Origin: the human T2T-CHM13v2.0 reference genome, Homo sapiens | DNA length: 64,000 nucleotides | NCBI RefSeq assembly: GCF_009914755.1 | Contig: NC_060942.1 | Direction: 5' to 3' (one strand) | Shown here: positions 31,075 through 44,478 of the stretch, in pieces | Numbering within the stretch: position 1 is the stretch's first letter | Layout of the letters: the number at the start of each line of letters is the position of its first letter | Notes under the pieces: model-generated | What the model was told of the DNA's origin: nothing | Databases searched by the model: none | Seen by the model: only the letters and a program-made list of their open reading frames with translations | Made by a program: the position numbers and the translations under genes

Positions 31075-33275
31075 TTTTTTTTTTTAAATCTCAGCTTTAG
31101 TGAGATATAGTTAGTACATAACAACCGCACATCATTAATGTATACAATTTGGCCAGTCTGGACCTATGTATACACTTCTGCACTGTCACCACAATCACGC
31201 AATAAACATACTTATGCCTCCAAGAGTTTTCTTGTGTCTCATTGTTTTTTTGCTTGTTTAATGTGAGATCCACCCTGTTAACACAAATTGTAAGTATTAG
31301 CTCTGGGCACTATGCTGTACGGCAGGTCTTTGGAACCGACTCATCTCGCTTAACTGTAACTTTATGCCCATCGGACACTAACTCCCCACACCCCTCTTCC
31401 CCAGCCCCGCTGAACACCAACCTATTGTCCCCTCCCCTGACTATTCCAGAAGCCTCCTATAGAAGAATCAGGCAGTGTTTGTCCTTCTGTGACTGTCATT
31501 TACTTCAGCATCATGTATTTCAGGCCTAGCCTTGTTGAAAATGCAGGATTTCTTATTTTTCAAGACGGAATAATATCCCATGGTATGGATATACCACGTT
31601 TTCTTTATCCATCTATCTGTCAGCAAACATTTGGACAGCTTCCTTATCTTGGCTGTTGTGCACGATGCTGCAATACACATGGCAGTGCAGACGTCTCTTT
31701 GAGACCCTGATTTCAATTATTTTGGGTTTATTCCCATAAGTGGGATTGTCGGATCATAGGGTAGTTCCACTTTTACGTTTTGAGAGACCCTCATACTGTT
31801 TCCTATAGCGGCGACATCATTTTCCCATTCCTGCTGGCAGTGGCTGCCGTCATCATGCCGGCTGCAGCAGGGAGGCATGGCTGGGATTACAGACTCCAGA
31901 AGACCCAGCCTCCTGGGCGGGGCTACTACGCAGACTGCGGCTGTGGATCCAAGCCTCCTTGTGCTCTTCCAGCGGGCCAGGAGCAGGTAGGATCTGCCCT
32001 CCTGGGTGAGTGCAGCTGCAATCACCCAACATGTGGCTGCAGACCTAGGCCTCCTACTCCATGGAGCAAGCAGGCACCAGGGACAAGAAGGAACCCCGCC
32101 CTTCTGAGTTGGCAGGGCAGGGGGGAGCTCTACTGTGGCAGCCTGCCCAGGCTCAGGACCTGACCGTCTCTGCAGCCTGCACCCTCGGGGGCTGGGAAGG
32201 CCCTACCCCCTTTACAGCATCCATGCAGGCTCAGAGGTGTCTGCTCCCGCTGCCTGGCCTCTCTCTGATCCCGGTGCCGGCTCCAATCTCAGAGTGGGGT
32301 GGGGGCCGAGCCCTGGGGCCAAGAATGACAGTAGCAGTCAGATTAATTTCTGGGCAGAAGGGGGCGGGTCCCCAGTAAGGTCCCACCTTCAGGCCAGGGA
32401 GGGCCGGGCTGCCAGTCCTGCAGACTGGAGTGGGGATTCGTGGTGCCTCTTCCAGGTCTGCCCATGGCTGCCCATGGACCAACTGGCAGGCCCTTCCTCC
32501 CCTCTGAGGTCCACAAAATCCCCGGGCTCAGAACCCAGGGCAGAGGATGACCAGAAGATGAGGAGGGCAGAGAGAGGACTGGATGACCAGCTGCAGAGAG
32601 GAGTACTCTCTCTGCTGACAGCTGGAGATGATGGGACGGCCAGCTGCAGAGAGGAATGCCTTCTCCACTGAGAGCTGCAGAGACAACCTGCTGGCAGAGA
32701 GAAGTTACTCTTTCTGCTGAGAGCTTCAGAGACCTGCAGAAGTGTCCAAATGACCTGCCAGCAGAGAGGAGCTATCCTCTGCAGAGCCACTCCAGAGAGC
32801 CGAACATTCCACCGGACGACCTGCCTACAGAGGGGAGCTACCCACTCCTCTGAGCTGTTCTAACACTAAACAGAACACCTCTTCTTCACCCTTCACTTGT
32901 CTGCATACCTCATTCTTCCTGGACGCAGGACAAGAACTCAGGCAAAGGCACCACGACCTCCGGGGTTTCCAGCCAGGAAAATCGACACCCCAGAGATCCC
33001 TGAACACCACTGAAAGTGTGCAAGGTTCCAGTGTGCAAGGTTCTCCACAGCCTCAGCAACACTTGTCATCTCTTTTTTTTTTTTATAATGATCATCTTGA
33101 CATGTGTGAGGGGAAATCTCATTGTGGTTTTTTTATTTGCATCTCCCTGATGATTAGTGAAATTAAACATCTTTTCATATTCCCATTGGCCATTTCTATG
33201 TGTTCTTTGGAGAAATATCTATTTATGTCCTTTGCTCAGTTTTTAACTGGGTTGTTATCTTTTGTTTCTTATAAT
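31075..33275 (-). mobile_element. Old L1 (L1MA10/L1MB-type) 3' region, interrupted by the MER52 LTR
   Basis: Poly-T at 31075 followed by the reversed L1 3'UTR. Minus-strand ORF2-like fragments (WIKKTWYIHTMGYYS; ELPYDPTIPLMGI). Resumes at ~33007 with atttgcatctccctgatgattagtga. Confidence 0.8.
31832..33006 (+). mobile_element. ERV1 LTR, MER52 family
   Basis: tgctggcagtggctgccgtcatcatgccggctgcagcagggagg, internal repeats accagctgcagagagga, and terminal gacaccccagagatccctgaaca. Confidence 0.8.
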
Positions 33276-33470
33276 GAATGAGGTATGCTACACTTATTTT
33301 AGGTCTGTTTAAGATTTTATCTATAAAATATGGGATAGTTAGAATGAACTGAAATGTAAAAGAAATGTGGGAAGCTGATTTCTTCTTTCGTTAGCTGTAT
33401 TTGACACCTAGAAATGTGAAAAAAAATTTCCTGTATATGTGAATTCCAGAAGCTCCTCTTGGTTATTTGT

Positions 33471-33743
33471 TCTTTTATTTATTATTATTATTATTTTTTT
33501 TATTTTTTTGAGACCGAGTTTTGCTCTTGTCATCCAGGCTAGAGTGCAATGGTGAACCTTGGCTCACTGCAACCTCTGCTTCCTGGATTCAAGCAATTCT
33601 CCTGCCTCTCGAGCAGCTGGGATTACAGGGATGTGCCACTATGCCCGGCTAATTTTGTATTTTTAGTAGAGATGAGGTGTCTCCATGTTGGTCAGGCTGG
33701 TCTTGAACTCCTGACCTCAGGTGATCCACCCGCCTGGGCCTCG
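33471..33743 (-). mobile_element. AluSp-like, 5'-truncated
   Basis: gctcttgt, aattttgtattt and ctccatgttggtcaggctgg diagnostics, with a (TTA)n/T tail. No TSD seen. Confidence 0.85.
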
Positions 33744-33971
33744 TATCAAGACAGTTAAGTCTTGAATGTATTTGCACAGTTTAAGTTTTGTCAGTCCAGA
33801 CAGAGGCTCTTTGGAGGGTCTACAGTGCCTCCTTTGGAAACCTGCACACCTAGGTCTTTACCTTCAACTCCGTCTACTGAACTGTATCCTGCAGAGGAAC
33901 CGACTTCAGAATGAGTGAACTGCACCCAACAAGCACCATTGGATTGGAGGTATTCCCCTCAGGCCTGCAAG

Positions 33972-34205
33972 AAAGCAAAATATAGTATGCCACTTTATCT
34001 CTGAGAAAATTTTCAAGCAAGATGTGAGACATTTTTCTCCTGAATGAGAGAAAGAGTTATCTCTAAATTATTAGTTTCACTTACCCATACATTTTTTGGC
34101 TTAGTAATAAAACTAAGGCAATGACGTGGATTGTTTGTTCTCTTAATATAAGTATTCATAAAGGCTTTGCAGGGTGAAATCTTTTTCTTCACTATGTGAT
34201 ATCAA
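33972..34205 (+). repeat. Dispersed direct repeat, copy 2 (~235 bp)
   Basis: Aligns end to end with 30783-31018. Confidence 0.92.
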
Positions 34206-36489
34206 GGCATTTTCATTATTTACTGTAATGTGTAACAATAAATCCCTGAGTTGAATAGTCACTAAATGATGTGACTATTGTGACTGTACATTTGTCTTTT
34301 TTTATTTTACAAAATAAGAGTTATTATTGGAAAGATAACACATTTTACACAAAGGGAAACAATTTTTGTTAAAACCTACAATAATGGTATTAACCTGTAG
34401 TTAGTAGGTTAATACGTAGTCTTCTATTCAGAACTGCACAGAGATACATTTGATGTAATATTCTGAGGGAATTCCACTAACTCTTTCTATTTCACGTTGC
34501 CTGAGGTGGCTGCTAAGATTTCTGTCTACTCATCTATTCTGTGGCTCTCTTTCTAAGGGAAGTGATTGTTTTGACATGTGTAGTAATAGAATACCAAATC
34601 CTGTTTAATGCATTTTTAAATACTTTAGGACATTCTATTAGTAAGAAACTAGCATGAAATCAATCAAGGAGAGATCCTTTACCATCTTTCTTCAATTATG
34701 TTTTAGCAAAGGTAATTTAATTATGATGAGGAATGTTAGGATTTTAATAACCAGCACTCTAGGTATCATTTCTTACCTGCAAAGTATGGGGAAATAGCAT
34801 AGGATGCACCAGTCATTTCTTTTTCCAAATTTAATTTTATTTGTGTTCTTTCAGTTCTCTTTTTAGCCACTTGACGTTAACTCACTTGGCCATTGGATAT
34901 TGGCCCATGCTAATCAAAATACTTGTATACATATGAATTTTACTGAGAATTAAGTAACATTTTGAAAAATACAAAAAAGACAGACACAGAGTCTAAGTAA
35001 GTTCACCCTTCTCCTTCCTGTCCTTTTCACAATGGCCTCTACTAATTGCAAATTTTCCATGAAATTCTGTGTGCAGCTAGACTGTATGTGTGTCTAGATA
35101 GCCATCAGACATTCAGTTTTGACCAACTTTAAATATGCTCATGCACATTGTTCTATTTCAATAGTGAAATCATCGGTATCCTGTAGTCTGTTTCTCAAGA
35201 AAACAAATCTTTGGCATCATTTGTAGGTATGCCATGATTATAGGCATAAAAGTACATCAATCAGTCAATGTCAAGCTGTTTCACAATGATAAACTATTTC
35301 AGAGTATGCTATCGAACCCTCTTAATTACTGAATTTTATAAACAAAGTATTTGACGAGGATAACTCATTGTAATGCTGCATTTCATATAATAGTGTAAAA
35401 CAAATTGAGCGTGACTGTTGGGAAAACATGTGTGACAGCTTGAAATATTAATCCAGGGTACCGAGCCGTGTGATTGATTAGAAAACAAGGAGGTGATGTT
35501 CTTGAATTACATTTTTTATGAAATGAATTATGTATAGAAAAATAGGTCATTTCTTATAACTAAAATACCACTTGTAATGACACATATTGATTTTATTCTT
35601 TAAAATTTCTACTTGACTGACTATTCTACGTATTGCAATTTACCACTGTTTGTCAGCTGATGCATTTAACCTTAAGTAACAGATTCGGTCTTAAAGTGGT
35701 CTTCTTTTGAAGAATTATTTTAGAAATAAAGTGGAGATTATTTTTGAACTTGTACTCTTTCTTATTGTACCCTTATTGTAAAATCAAATAATAATTTGTT
35801 TTTACATGTAGGTGCATACTCCAGTCAAACTATTAAAATCTGTACTTTTGTGGATCTGTAGCTTGCTGTGAGTTGCAGATAATTTCTTAGAATAAAGTAC
35901 CCCACCACCTAGACTCCCACGGAGCTGTGTGCCGTGGAGTTACAGTGATACATATTCAAGATTAAAACATCTTTTCTACACACAGCAAGTTGTGTTCCCC
36001 ACCTCCTGTGCTAGATCACTAGGGATTTAATTTCCTGAGGCTGGCTTCCTGTCTTTTCTCATCATTTTTCCTTTGCGATTTAAACTTTATTTTAAACTTT
36101 ATTCCAGGCTCCCAACTTGAACTTGCTATCTACTGCTGGGAACAAGATGTCTGGGCATGTATGGAGGATCAGAATGATGGATGAGCCACGATCTGTTGGG
36201 AAAGTGGCTCCACAGTGTCTGGGGACGATGTGTCCCCCAGCAAACCAGCCTGTTAAGAACTTGGTCCAGGAACACCACTGTCATGCCATCAGGGTAAGGG
36301 CTTTGACGTCCAGGTGCTAGGTAGAGCCAGGACTGCAAGTTGAAAGGCTTTCACTCAAGGTCTCCTTCAGGATTGGGAGCACAAGGCAACCTTGCTCTAT
36401 GACCAACAGAAAAGAGAAACCCAAAGGCTGCAGGGAAGCCCACCCCGGCAGCTACAGAGCACTTGCACCTGAAGTCTGTGAGTAGAATT

Positions 36490-37590
36490 TCGGAGGTCTG
36501 CAAACTTAGATGGGAAAAATTATATTCATATTTTTACTAATTGCAGCCTTAAATTTGCATTTCATTCTATTGTGACATGGGAAACAAATCTCAGTATTAT
36601 ATGCAGTATCTATTTATCTATCTATCTATCTATCACCTATCATGTATCTATCCATCTCTATCTAATTATCATCTATCTATATATCTATCTCTAATCTAGT
36701 TTACCATCTATCATGTATTTATCATCTATCTCTAATCTATCATCTAATCTAATCTAATCTATCATCTCTATCATTCATCTATCTATATTTTCTATCTATA
36801 TCCATCCATCCATTTATATCTATCAATTATCTGTCTATTCTCATCATGTATTTGTCTATCCATCTATCTTTCTAATCTATCATTTACCTATCTATCCATC
36901 CATTTACATCTATCTATTTACCTATATGTCTATCAATCAATCAATTATCTATCTATTCCCATCATGTAGCTATCTATCCATCTATCTCTCTAATCTATCT
37001 ATCATCTTTCTATATCTATCTCAATCCATCCATCCATCCATCCATTCATCTATATCTATCTATCATCTATATCTATCTATCATCTATATCTAGCTATCTA
37101 TCCTTCTATCTCTCTAATCTATCTATCATCTTTCTATATCTATCTCAATCCATCCATCCATCCATCCATTCATCTATATCTATCTATCATCTATATCTAT
37201 CTATCATCTATATCTATCTATCTATCTGTATCTCTCTATCTATCTATTTATCTTTATGGTTTTATTCCTAATTGAAAACACAGGTGCATCTCTATCACAT
37301 TACAACAGTTATAGATACTTCAAAATATTTGCGTTCATTGTTACTTTAAAGTTATGGTAGAGATGACACTCAAAGAAAGATCTCCTATAATGTGTTAATA
37401 AAGATGCATGGGTACCACTATAAAATATTTGTTCTTTGTATTTACCTACCTGGATTTCACTATGGTTGGCTTCTTTTGTAAGCCTGTGGGTTTTGTTATA
37501 TGTATATATAAACATTATTCATACACGAGGTAAATAAGCTTCAGCAGAACTTTCAGGGAGGTCATGTTATAAAAAGGTGGAGGACTCATC
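36490..37590 (-). mobile_element. hAT-Charlie DNA transposon (Charlie4a-like), split by a TCTA expansion
   Basis: aacttagatgggaaaaattat...cagtattatatgcagta, then after the array tatcacattaca...tgtgttaataaaga...aaaaaggtggaggactc. Confidence 0.6.
36607..37253. repeat. Complex (TCTA/TCCA)n microsatellite with a 124-bp higher-order duplication
   Basis: Directly visible. 36967-37090 and 37091-37214 are identical except at one position. Confidence 0.93.
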
Positions 37591-40500
37591 GGTATTTCCA
37601 GTACTAGAGCTCAGCTTTGTTAGCGTAGCTGCAGGTAATCTGGGACTGTGGTCAGCATCCTTTGCCACATTGGCATCATGGGTTTTTTATACCAGCAGTG
37701 GTTGGAAATAGCCCCTCTGGCTCGGGATATGGGAGCCAGGGGAAGCCCCTTTCTCTTCATTGGTGACACTCCATTGTAATCTTAATGGTTTGATAACTGA
37801 TAACGTTTAGCCATAATCTAGTTTCTTGGTAACCCATATCAGCAAAAAGAGATAGGCCAGAAGACACAGCTAACATACGTCTTTTAAAGATTGGTGCTTT
37901 AGCATTCAGGAGACATTACTTGGGAAATTCAAGAAACATCTGCAGAAGAGGATCTAGCATAGAGCTGGAAGTCCAACAATAGTGAGAAAGGGCTTCACAC
38001 AGTGAAGTAATAGGGTTAGTACAATAATATGTGGTATGATATCCAGTGTTGTCCACACCTCTGCTTTTTTTATATAATTGTAGTGGTAACATGGATTGCA
38101 GCTCACCTTCTGAACGACACCACTAGCAAGTTCCAATGTTAATACATTATCTTCAAAACAATTATTCTTAGAGGCTGCAATAATAATAAATGGAATTAAT
38201 TTAACCATTCTTCTAATATGAAACATTTAGATTGATTTCCAGCTAAAAATGATGTTCTTAGGAAAACTTTTATACATATGGCACTGTATGCAAATTATAA
38301 AAATGTTTTCAAAAAATGTCTTAGGGAGACATTTTACCACCTTTGAGCAAAATTAATAGAGTCATTCCACTGATGATTGCTTTTAATAAACTTCATAGGT
38401 TTTCATTGACAAAAAAAAATTCTTGGCAGAAGAAATTCAAATCAAGAAGGTTATAAAAAAAGGGCATCCAAATTATATAAAACATCTTCTGCAGCTAACT
38501 ACCAGTTAGCGGGGGAATAATCAATTCTTTTTGTGTTCTATACAAACACTCTTAAAAGATATTTGTCCTCATCCGTAATCTTACCCACTTACCAGAAAGC
38601 AACCAAGACCTCATGAAATTAACCTCTTCATTAGGGCTGAGAAGAAAAACATCATATCTTTGGAGTGTTAGAATAGACTGAGTAATTGAGCAATTTCAAG
38701 GACATAAGGGGAACCTATGAAAAATGTAAGTGGAGAAGCTGGGGGAAGCAAGAGAAGAGGCAAAGAAAAAAGAAGTTTAGGAAATCAAAAATGTGAATTG
38801 TATAAGGGAAAATGTGTAATATTATAAAGATGTTAACAAGAGCGAATGTGATGGATGCTAGGGGTCCTGATAATAGACCCTATTAATAGAATTAGAGGGG
38901 CTGCAATATGCTTCCTTATTCTTTTTAATTATTAATTTCTTCGCAGATCAATGGGGCTGTGGATAGGACTGTCACTTCCTCTTGAAATCTTAGATAATGG
39001 AAGACACTGACCAAGCTAGAGAAGCTAAAATGTCATGAGGCAAGCTCCTATTACAAAGTGTTAGGCTAGGGCAGGGTGTTAGGCTGAGCTTGGGCAGGGT
39101 GCAGCCTCCCTGGAGGAGTAAAGCCCAAGCCAGGTGCCAGGAGCCTAGAGGGGCTGCATCAGGCACAGCAACGGGGTGCAGGGGGATGACAGGTGCCAGT
39201 GGGGAGCTACGGTCAGGAGAGACAGGTAAAACCTGGTGACAGGGCTCAAAGGCCAGCTCTTCATGATGGTTGGCTCTTAACATGAGGGCAATGAGCAGCC
39301 AAGGAAGGGATTTCAGCAGAGAGATAGATTTAGATCTTAGAAATGTCATTCTTGATACTGCAGCATGGCTAATGCATGAAAGGAGAGCAAGAATGGTGTA
39401 AGAGGAGCTCCTCAGCAGTCTGTGCTGGCTATCAGCTGTGGGTGCAGAGACAGCCCTGGGGCAGTGGCACAGGCTGGAGAAGCCCCACAGTCAAGAGCTT
39501 CAGAAAGTGGCCAAATCCAGAGGACTGATGTGGACTGACATGAGGGTAGGCCTGGTGTGCTCCTGTTTGATAACCAGCTTTGTGGGGCTGGAGAGAAGCC
39601 GTGTTTGTAGTTTTCCTGGTGTCTGTTCCCCAGCAAGGCTAATTCAAGCTCTCAGCAGAGGCTGGAAGTTCAACTCTCTGCCCCATCCTGCCAATCCTAC
39701 TGCAAGGAATCAGAGTAGCCACCCACAAACTTACACTCACGGCGATGAGTCCCCCCGCCGCTGAAATCACGGATGTGGGGAGCACTTGTTTCTTTGGTGT
39801 TTTACTGGAGTAGGATGGGACTTGCCAACAAATTTTCCTGCAGCTGGAAGCTGTTTTCGTGGTACTTTGGTCAGGGGCAGGCTGTGTGGAGCTTTGTGTC
39901 TGGCTCTGCTGGTGGCCCTGGCTTGTGGGCTCTGCAGTGCCCTGCCTGGGGTGTGCAGGAGGCCATGGGGAAGCTAGAAATCAAGGGCACGTCTGGCCTT
40001 GAGTACCAAGGCCCCTGGCCTCCTGCCTTCTTCCCACTTTTCAGAGTGTCCCTCAGTGTGGCTGTGTGCAGGAATTCTCCATGTAAATGGGGGCCCTGGG
40101 AAGAATGGGGCTACTCACCTTTGGTGGAACTGCAAGTTTCTTCTATGGATTTTAAATTAAGGGGAGACAGGATCAGCAAGGACAAAGGCCAGAGAGGAGA
40201 CAGAAGGGTCACAGGTTCCCCTGAAATACCCTCTACTGTGGGGAGGGGAAGAAGGTGAGCTGACCAGAGAATTGCAGGATACCAGGACAGGGGGTCAGCT
40301 GAACCTGAGGACCACAGGTGATCTAAGACCCCACGCTTTGCGGGAACATTTTGTCCCACCAGGCATTTTAGCAAAGAACATTCTGATGCTTTAGTCCAGT
40401 ACTGGAGTCCTGCTAGATGTGAGTGATGTGAGGTCAATCAATGGAGCTGGAAATATTTGAGAATAGCCACATCTGAATTTTCAGAGGCAAACCTTTCCAA

Positions 40501-40987
40501 TAATTAGAATGATACATACTAATCTTTTCTTGAAGAGGATATTGACAAGTAGAGCCTTGATTTGATGTTCTGCAGTCACAGTATTTGAAGCACGTGAGAT
40601 CTGTTGGAACTCATGTTGAGAAAATGACTGTTAAATATGGAAAAGCAGCAATTTGGGATAATGGAAAGGAGTCAAGCTTGAGGAAAGCAGAAATCCTAAC
40701 CCACTTTCTCTGTTTCACCCAGTGTTAGCAGGAGGCTGAGCTGGACCCAGCGGCTCGGTGACCAGGCTTTTACATTATTCAGCAGTGCAGAGGCAGTGAG
40801 GAGCTTTACTCTGTATGTCTGCTGTTTTTCTGGGCAGCCCTTGGGTTTCAGGCTGATTGCATTACCCTCTGTCTGTCTCACAGGCATTTTAAATATTTGT
40901 TGACTTGGATTCCACAGAATGAAACTACACTGGGCTCCTGGGGAATTTTCCCAGGATTGAAACAGAAGACACAGGGAGGAGCACTTC

Positions 40988-41351
40988 TGATGTGGTTTGG
41001 CTGTGTCCCCACTCAAATCTTATCTTGATCTGTAGCTCCTATAATCCCCGTGTGTCATGGGAGGGACCTGGTGGGAGGTAATTGAATCACGAGGGCAGGT
41101 CTTTCCATTGGTGTTCTTGTGATAGTGAATATGTCTCAAGAGATCTGATGGTTTTATAAAGGGCAGTTCCCCTGCACATGCCCTCTTGCCTGCCGCCATG
41201 TAAGGCATGACTTTGCTCCTCCTTTGCCTCCCACCATGATTGTGAGGCCTCCCCAGCCATGCGGAACTGTGAGTCAATTAAACCTCCTTTCTTTATACAT
41301 TACCCAGTCTTGGGTATGTCTTTATTAGCAGTATGAGAACAGACTAATACA
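40988..41351 (+). mobile_element. Solo MaLR LTR, THE1B
   Basis: tgatgtggtttggctgtgtcccc...gttcccctgcacatgccctcttgcctgccgccatgtaag...agactaataca. TSD ACTTC/ACATC. Confidence 0.92.
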
Positions 41352-42135
41352 ACATCTCAGGTTTGACCATAGTGGGACATATTTTTGAAAGACGTGAAAG
41401 TACAAAGAAACTAAAGGCAGGCAGATAGCCTCTAAATTCTTGGGCATACCATTTACACTCCATTGACATCTTGGTTTCTTTCTAAGGACTGCACTATAAT
41501 ATCCCTACAATCATTAAAGCAAAAAGCAGGCTTCCTCGATCTTTCACAAAACGATCTTGCCTTTGTCAATCTTAGCTTTTGTTTCTAGGACACTAGATCA
41601 GTCACCCATTTTTAAAGAATCAATTGGTTATTTTCTAAAAATAAGCATATTAAAAAATTCCAACTATTAAAATTGCTAAAAATTCACTTTGAGGTACTAG
41701 TCTATTTACTTAAACACTTTTTAGGAAAAGTAGGTCTTAAATTTCATATGAAATAACTGACATTTTGCATGCAGAAAAGTGAGAAAAACTCTTGTGATGA
41801 ATACTTCTAACTTCCCAGAGACGTGGAGCAGGAGGGCTAAGCAGTTTCATGATTAGTGAATCCAAAGGATGATGCTCAAGGGAGAAACCTGAAGTCAGAT
41901 CCAAAAGGGGAGTGACTTTCCGCCACTGGGGGAGGTGAGCAGTAAGTTCTTGCATCCCTCTCCATAGGCATGGGCCACTTAGCACTTTCTGCATTCATGA
42001 TGATGTGACAAGGTTAACTGGGAGCCACAATTCAGACATACCCAGAACATGTGGAAACAGAAACTTTATCAGGCAAAGGGCCATCAGCCAGGCTCCGAAT
42101 AGGATGGAACTGTTTTTTCTGTGGTGAAACCAAGT

Positions 42136-42408
42136 GTCATGCTAGTTTCCTATTGACTTTAATAGCGATGGCGCCATGTTTGAGAGGCCACAGAAGAGAC
42201 TTGGAGCCAGCAAACGAGACACAGGGTTTATTTGAGGGGACTTTCATACAGGGCGAGCCAGTGGTAGTGGAATGGACAGGAAAACTATGATCCTTTGTAA
42301 AAAGCATGTAATTTATACAGCACTTTCACTTAGCACTCTCCTCCCAGCAACCTCCATGTGGCAACCCCCATTTCTTAAGTTATTGCTGTCAGGTGCATCT
42401 GCTGTACA
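42136..42408 (-). mobile_element. ERVL LTR (LTR32-like) with internal deletion
   Basis: gagccagcaaacgagacacagggtttatt, tttcacttagcac and cttaagttattgctgtcaggtgcatctgctgtaca. Confidence 0.6.
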
Positions 42409-42949
42409 CTGAGAAACTCATTTCTTGGCATGCAGAAGAAAATAAACACTGGTAGGATATCCAAAGTGCCTCCAAATAAAGCTTCCTGCTATGAGTCTGA
42501 AATTTCCATTTTCAAGCACCCAAACAATTGGTAACTAATTTAATTCTGACAAAGAACAAGCTCTGACCTACAGTAAACAGTCATTGTGTTTGAGCTTCAT
42601 GGGAAAGCTCTTTCAGTTACCATAAGGTCAGTCAACTCACTTTTGCCAGAAAAATAATTACTTGGAAAACTGTTTCACCAAATAACATCTGGCCTTCATG
42701 GACACTAATGCATTGTGTTTTTCAGTGAACTTCAATGTGGGCCAAGAATATTTTGAAATATTTAGAAAAATGTATTAAAAGATTCATGTGAAATTTCTGG
42801 TTTTCTGGACAAATAGAAATTAGGCCTTTGAGTCCTTGAATTTCTGACTGGTTATATGTGGATGCGGCACTTAATTAACAAAAAATGAGCATACGACCTA
42901 TTGACTACATGAAAGTCCCATCATAATTAGCACAGAAAATGCAGGTTTA

Positions 42950-43202
42950 GGCTGGACAAAGGGGCTCACACCTGTGATCCCAGCACTTTGGGAGGCCAAG
43001 GCGGGTGGATCACTTGAGGTTAGGAGTTTGAGACCAGCCTGGCCAACATGACATAACCCCATCTCTACTAAAAATACAAAAATTAGCCAGGCGTGGTGGT
43101 GCATGTCTGTAATTCCAGCTACTTGAGAGGCTGAGGCACGAGAATCACTCGAACCTGGGAGGCAGAGGTTGCAGTGAGCTGAGATCGAGACTGTCTCAAA
43201 AA
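42950..43202 (+). mobile_element. AluS (Sx/Sz-like) with a ~30-bp deletion in the right arm
   Basis: gagatc joins directly to gagactgtctc. TSD AAAATGCAGGTTTA at 42936-42949 and 43203-43216. Confidence 0.92.
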
Positions 43203-44478
43203 AAAATGCAGGTTTAATCATTTCCATCTAGGGTGCACATCACTGGAATTCTAGGGAGATATTACCCTACACACCTACCTCTACTTCATAAAATGCACTT
43301 GTCACCTGTGGGTTCAACCCTCAGTGCTAATGAAAATCCAGTGCAAATGAAGCAAACAAGCTATGGTAAAGGCGATAGGATCAAATTGGTTTCTTTTTTA
43401 TATTTTTCTAAGCTTCTATACAGATTACTTTGAGTTAAAATGGTAGAGTTAACAGAAATGCTGAAAATTTCCTCTCCCCAATTGTTTGTGCAATCTTCAG
43501 AAACTGTCAGAGGAAAATAAATTTTTAGCAACTGCAGTAAAAATGCAGAAAACAAAAATGCTTCAAATTATCAGAAATTGCACAATCTAGTTTCCCACTG
43601 CAGATTAAGAACGAGGCCGTCAGTAAGCAGAAAATCATTACTTCTTGCAATTCACCTAAGGAATTGAAGTTTCTCCCACATCTTATCTACCCCGGAGCAT
43701 TTTCAACTTTCATCTCCATTTGCAGCAAATCTCTGCTTGCAGTGAGCAGAATTCTGCACTGCACTCACCGTGGAGGGTACCTGGGTCCTGGCTATTCTCA
43801 TCGACCTGCCTGACATTTCCCACAGGGCCAGCTGGAGGTTTGTGCTGGAGCTCAGGGAGTGAATCTACTTCCACCTGCAAGCTGCAGTGAGGGATGGGTG
43901 GAGCATTGGGTGGAGCAGGAGAGAAGGAGCCGGCCCTCTGTGGGCCAGAGGAACAAGACATAATATCAAATATCTTCTTTCTGCCTTGATGCGACCATTT
44001 ACTGTGGTTTTGTCACGTGCTAGGCACTGACCTGAGTCCTTCACACACATTATATCATTTTGTCTCTTCCATGGGCTTTTGAAGTAAGAGCTATTCTCAT
44101 CCCATCAAGCTGAAATCCAAATTCAAGTTGTCTGATTTCACTATGAGGCCCTGACTGAGAGAGAACATCCTAAGGGAGAGGTTTTACTGAAACAGAAAGG
44201 AGAGGCACCAAATTCTAATCCACCTTCGACACCCCTATAGCAAATTTGACTGGAATGCAAGAATAATTTGTTATTAGATAAAACAATGCTATAGATCATT
44301 GCATTGGAAAATTAAAGGGGAAAATATTATAGTTACTATATACCTATCAGTGGCCAAAAAGCATAGGCTACTATTCAGCCTTTCATTTCTAATACAAACG
44401 CTAGATAAAACAGGAGCAGCTGAAGCTCGTCTAAGCAGGGTAAAGACTGAAAAGTCAACAGTGAACATCAAGTTCAAT

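Noticed and set aside
31780-32853. Cluster of overlapping 100-180 aa ORFs and repeated cagctgcagagagga units
   Set aside because: This is GC-rich MER52 LTR sequence with few stop codons. The internal repeats belong to the LTR and are not a CRISPR-like array.
33015-33043. 15-bp tandem duplication agtgtgcaaggttc(c) near the MER52 end
   Set aside because: A common slippage-type indel in old L1 sequence. It is not the LTR's TSD.
39438-40437. 161-aa and neighbouring ORFs in GC-richer unique DNA
   Set aside because: No recognisable domain, overlapping frames on both strands and no supporting exon structure.
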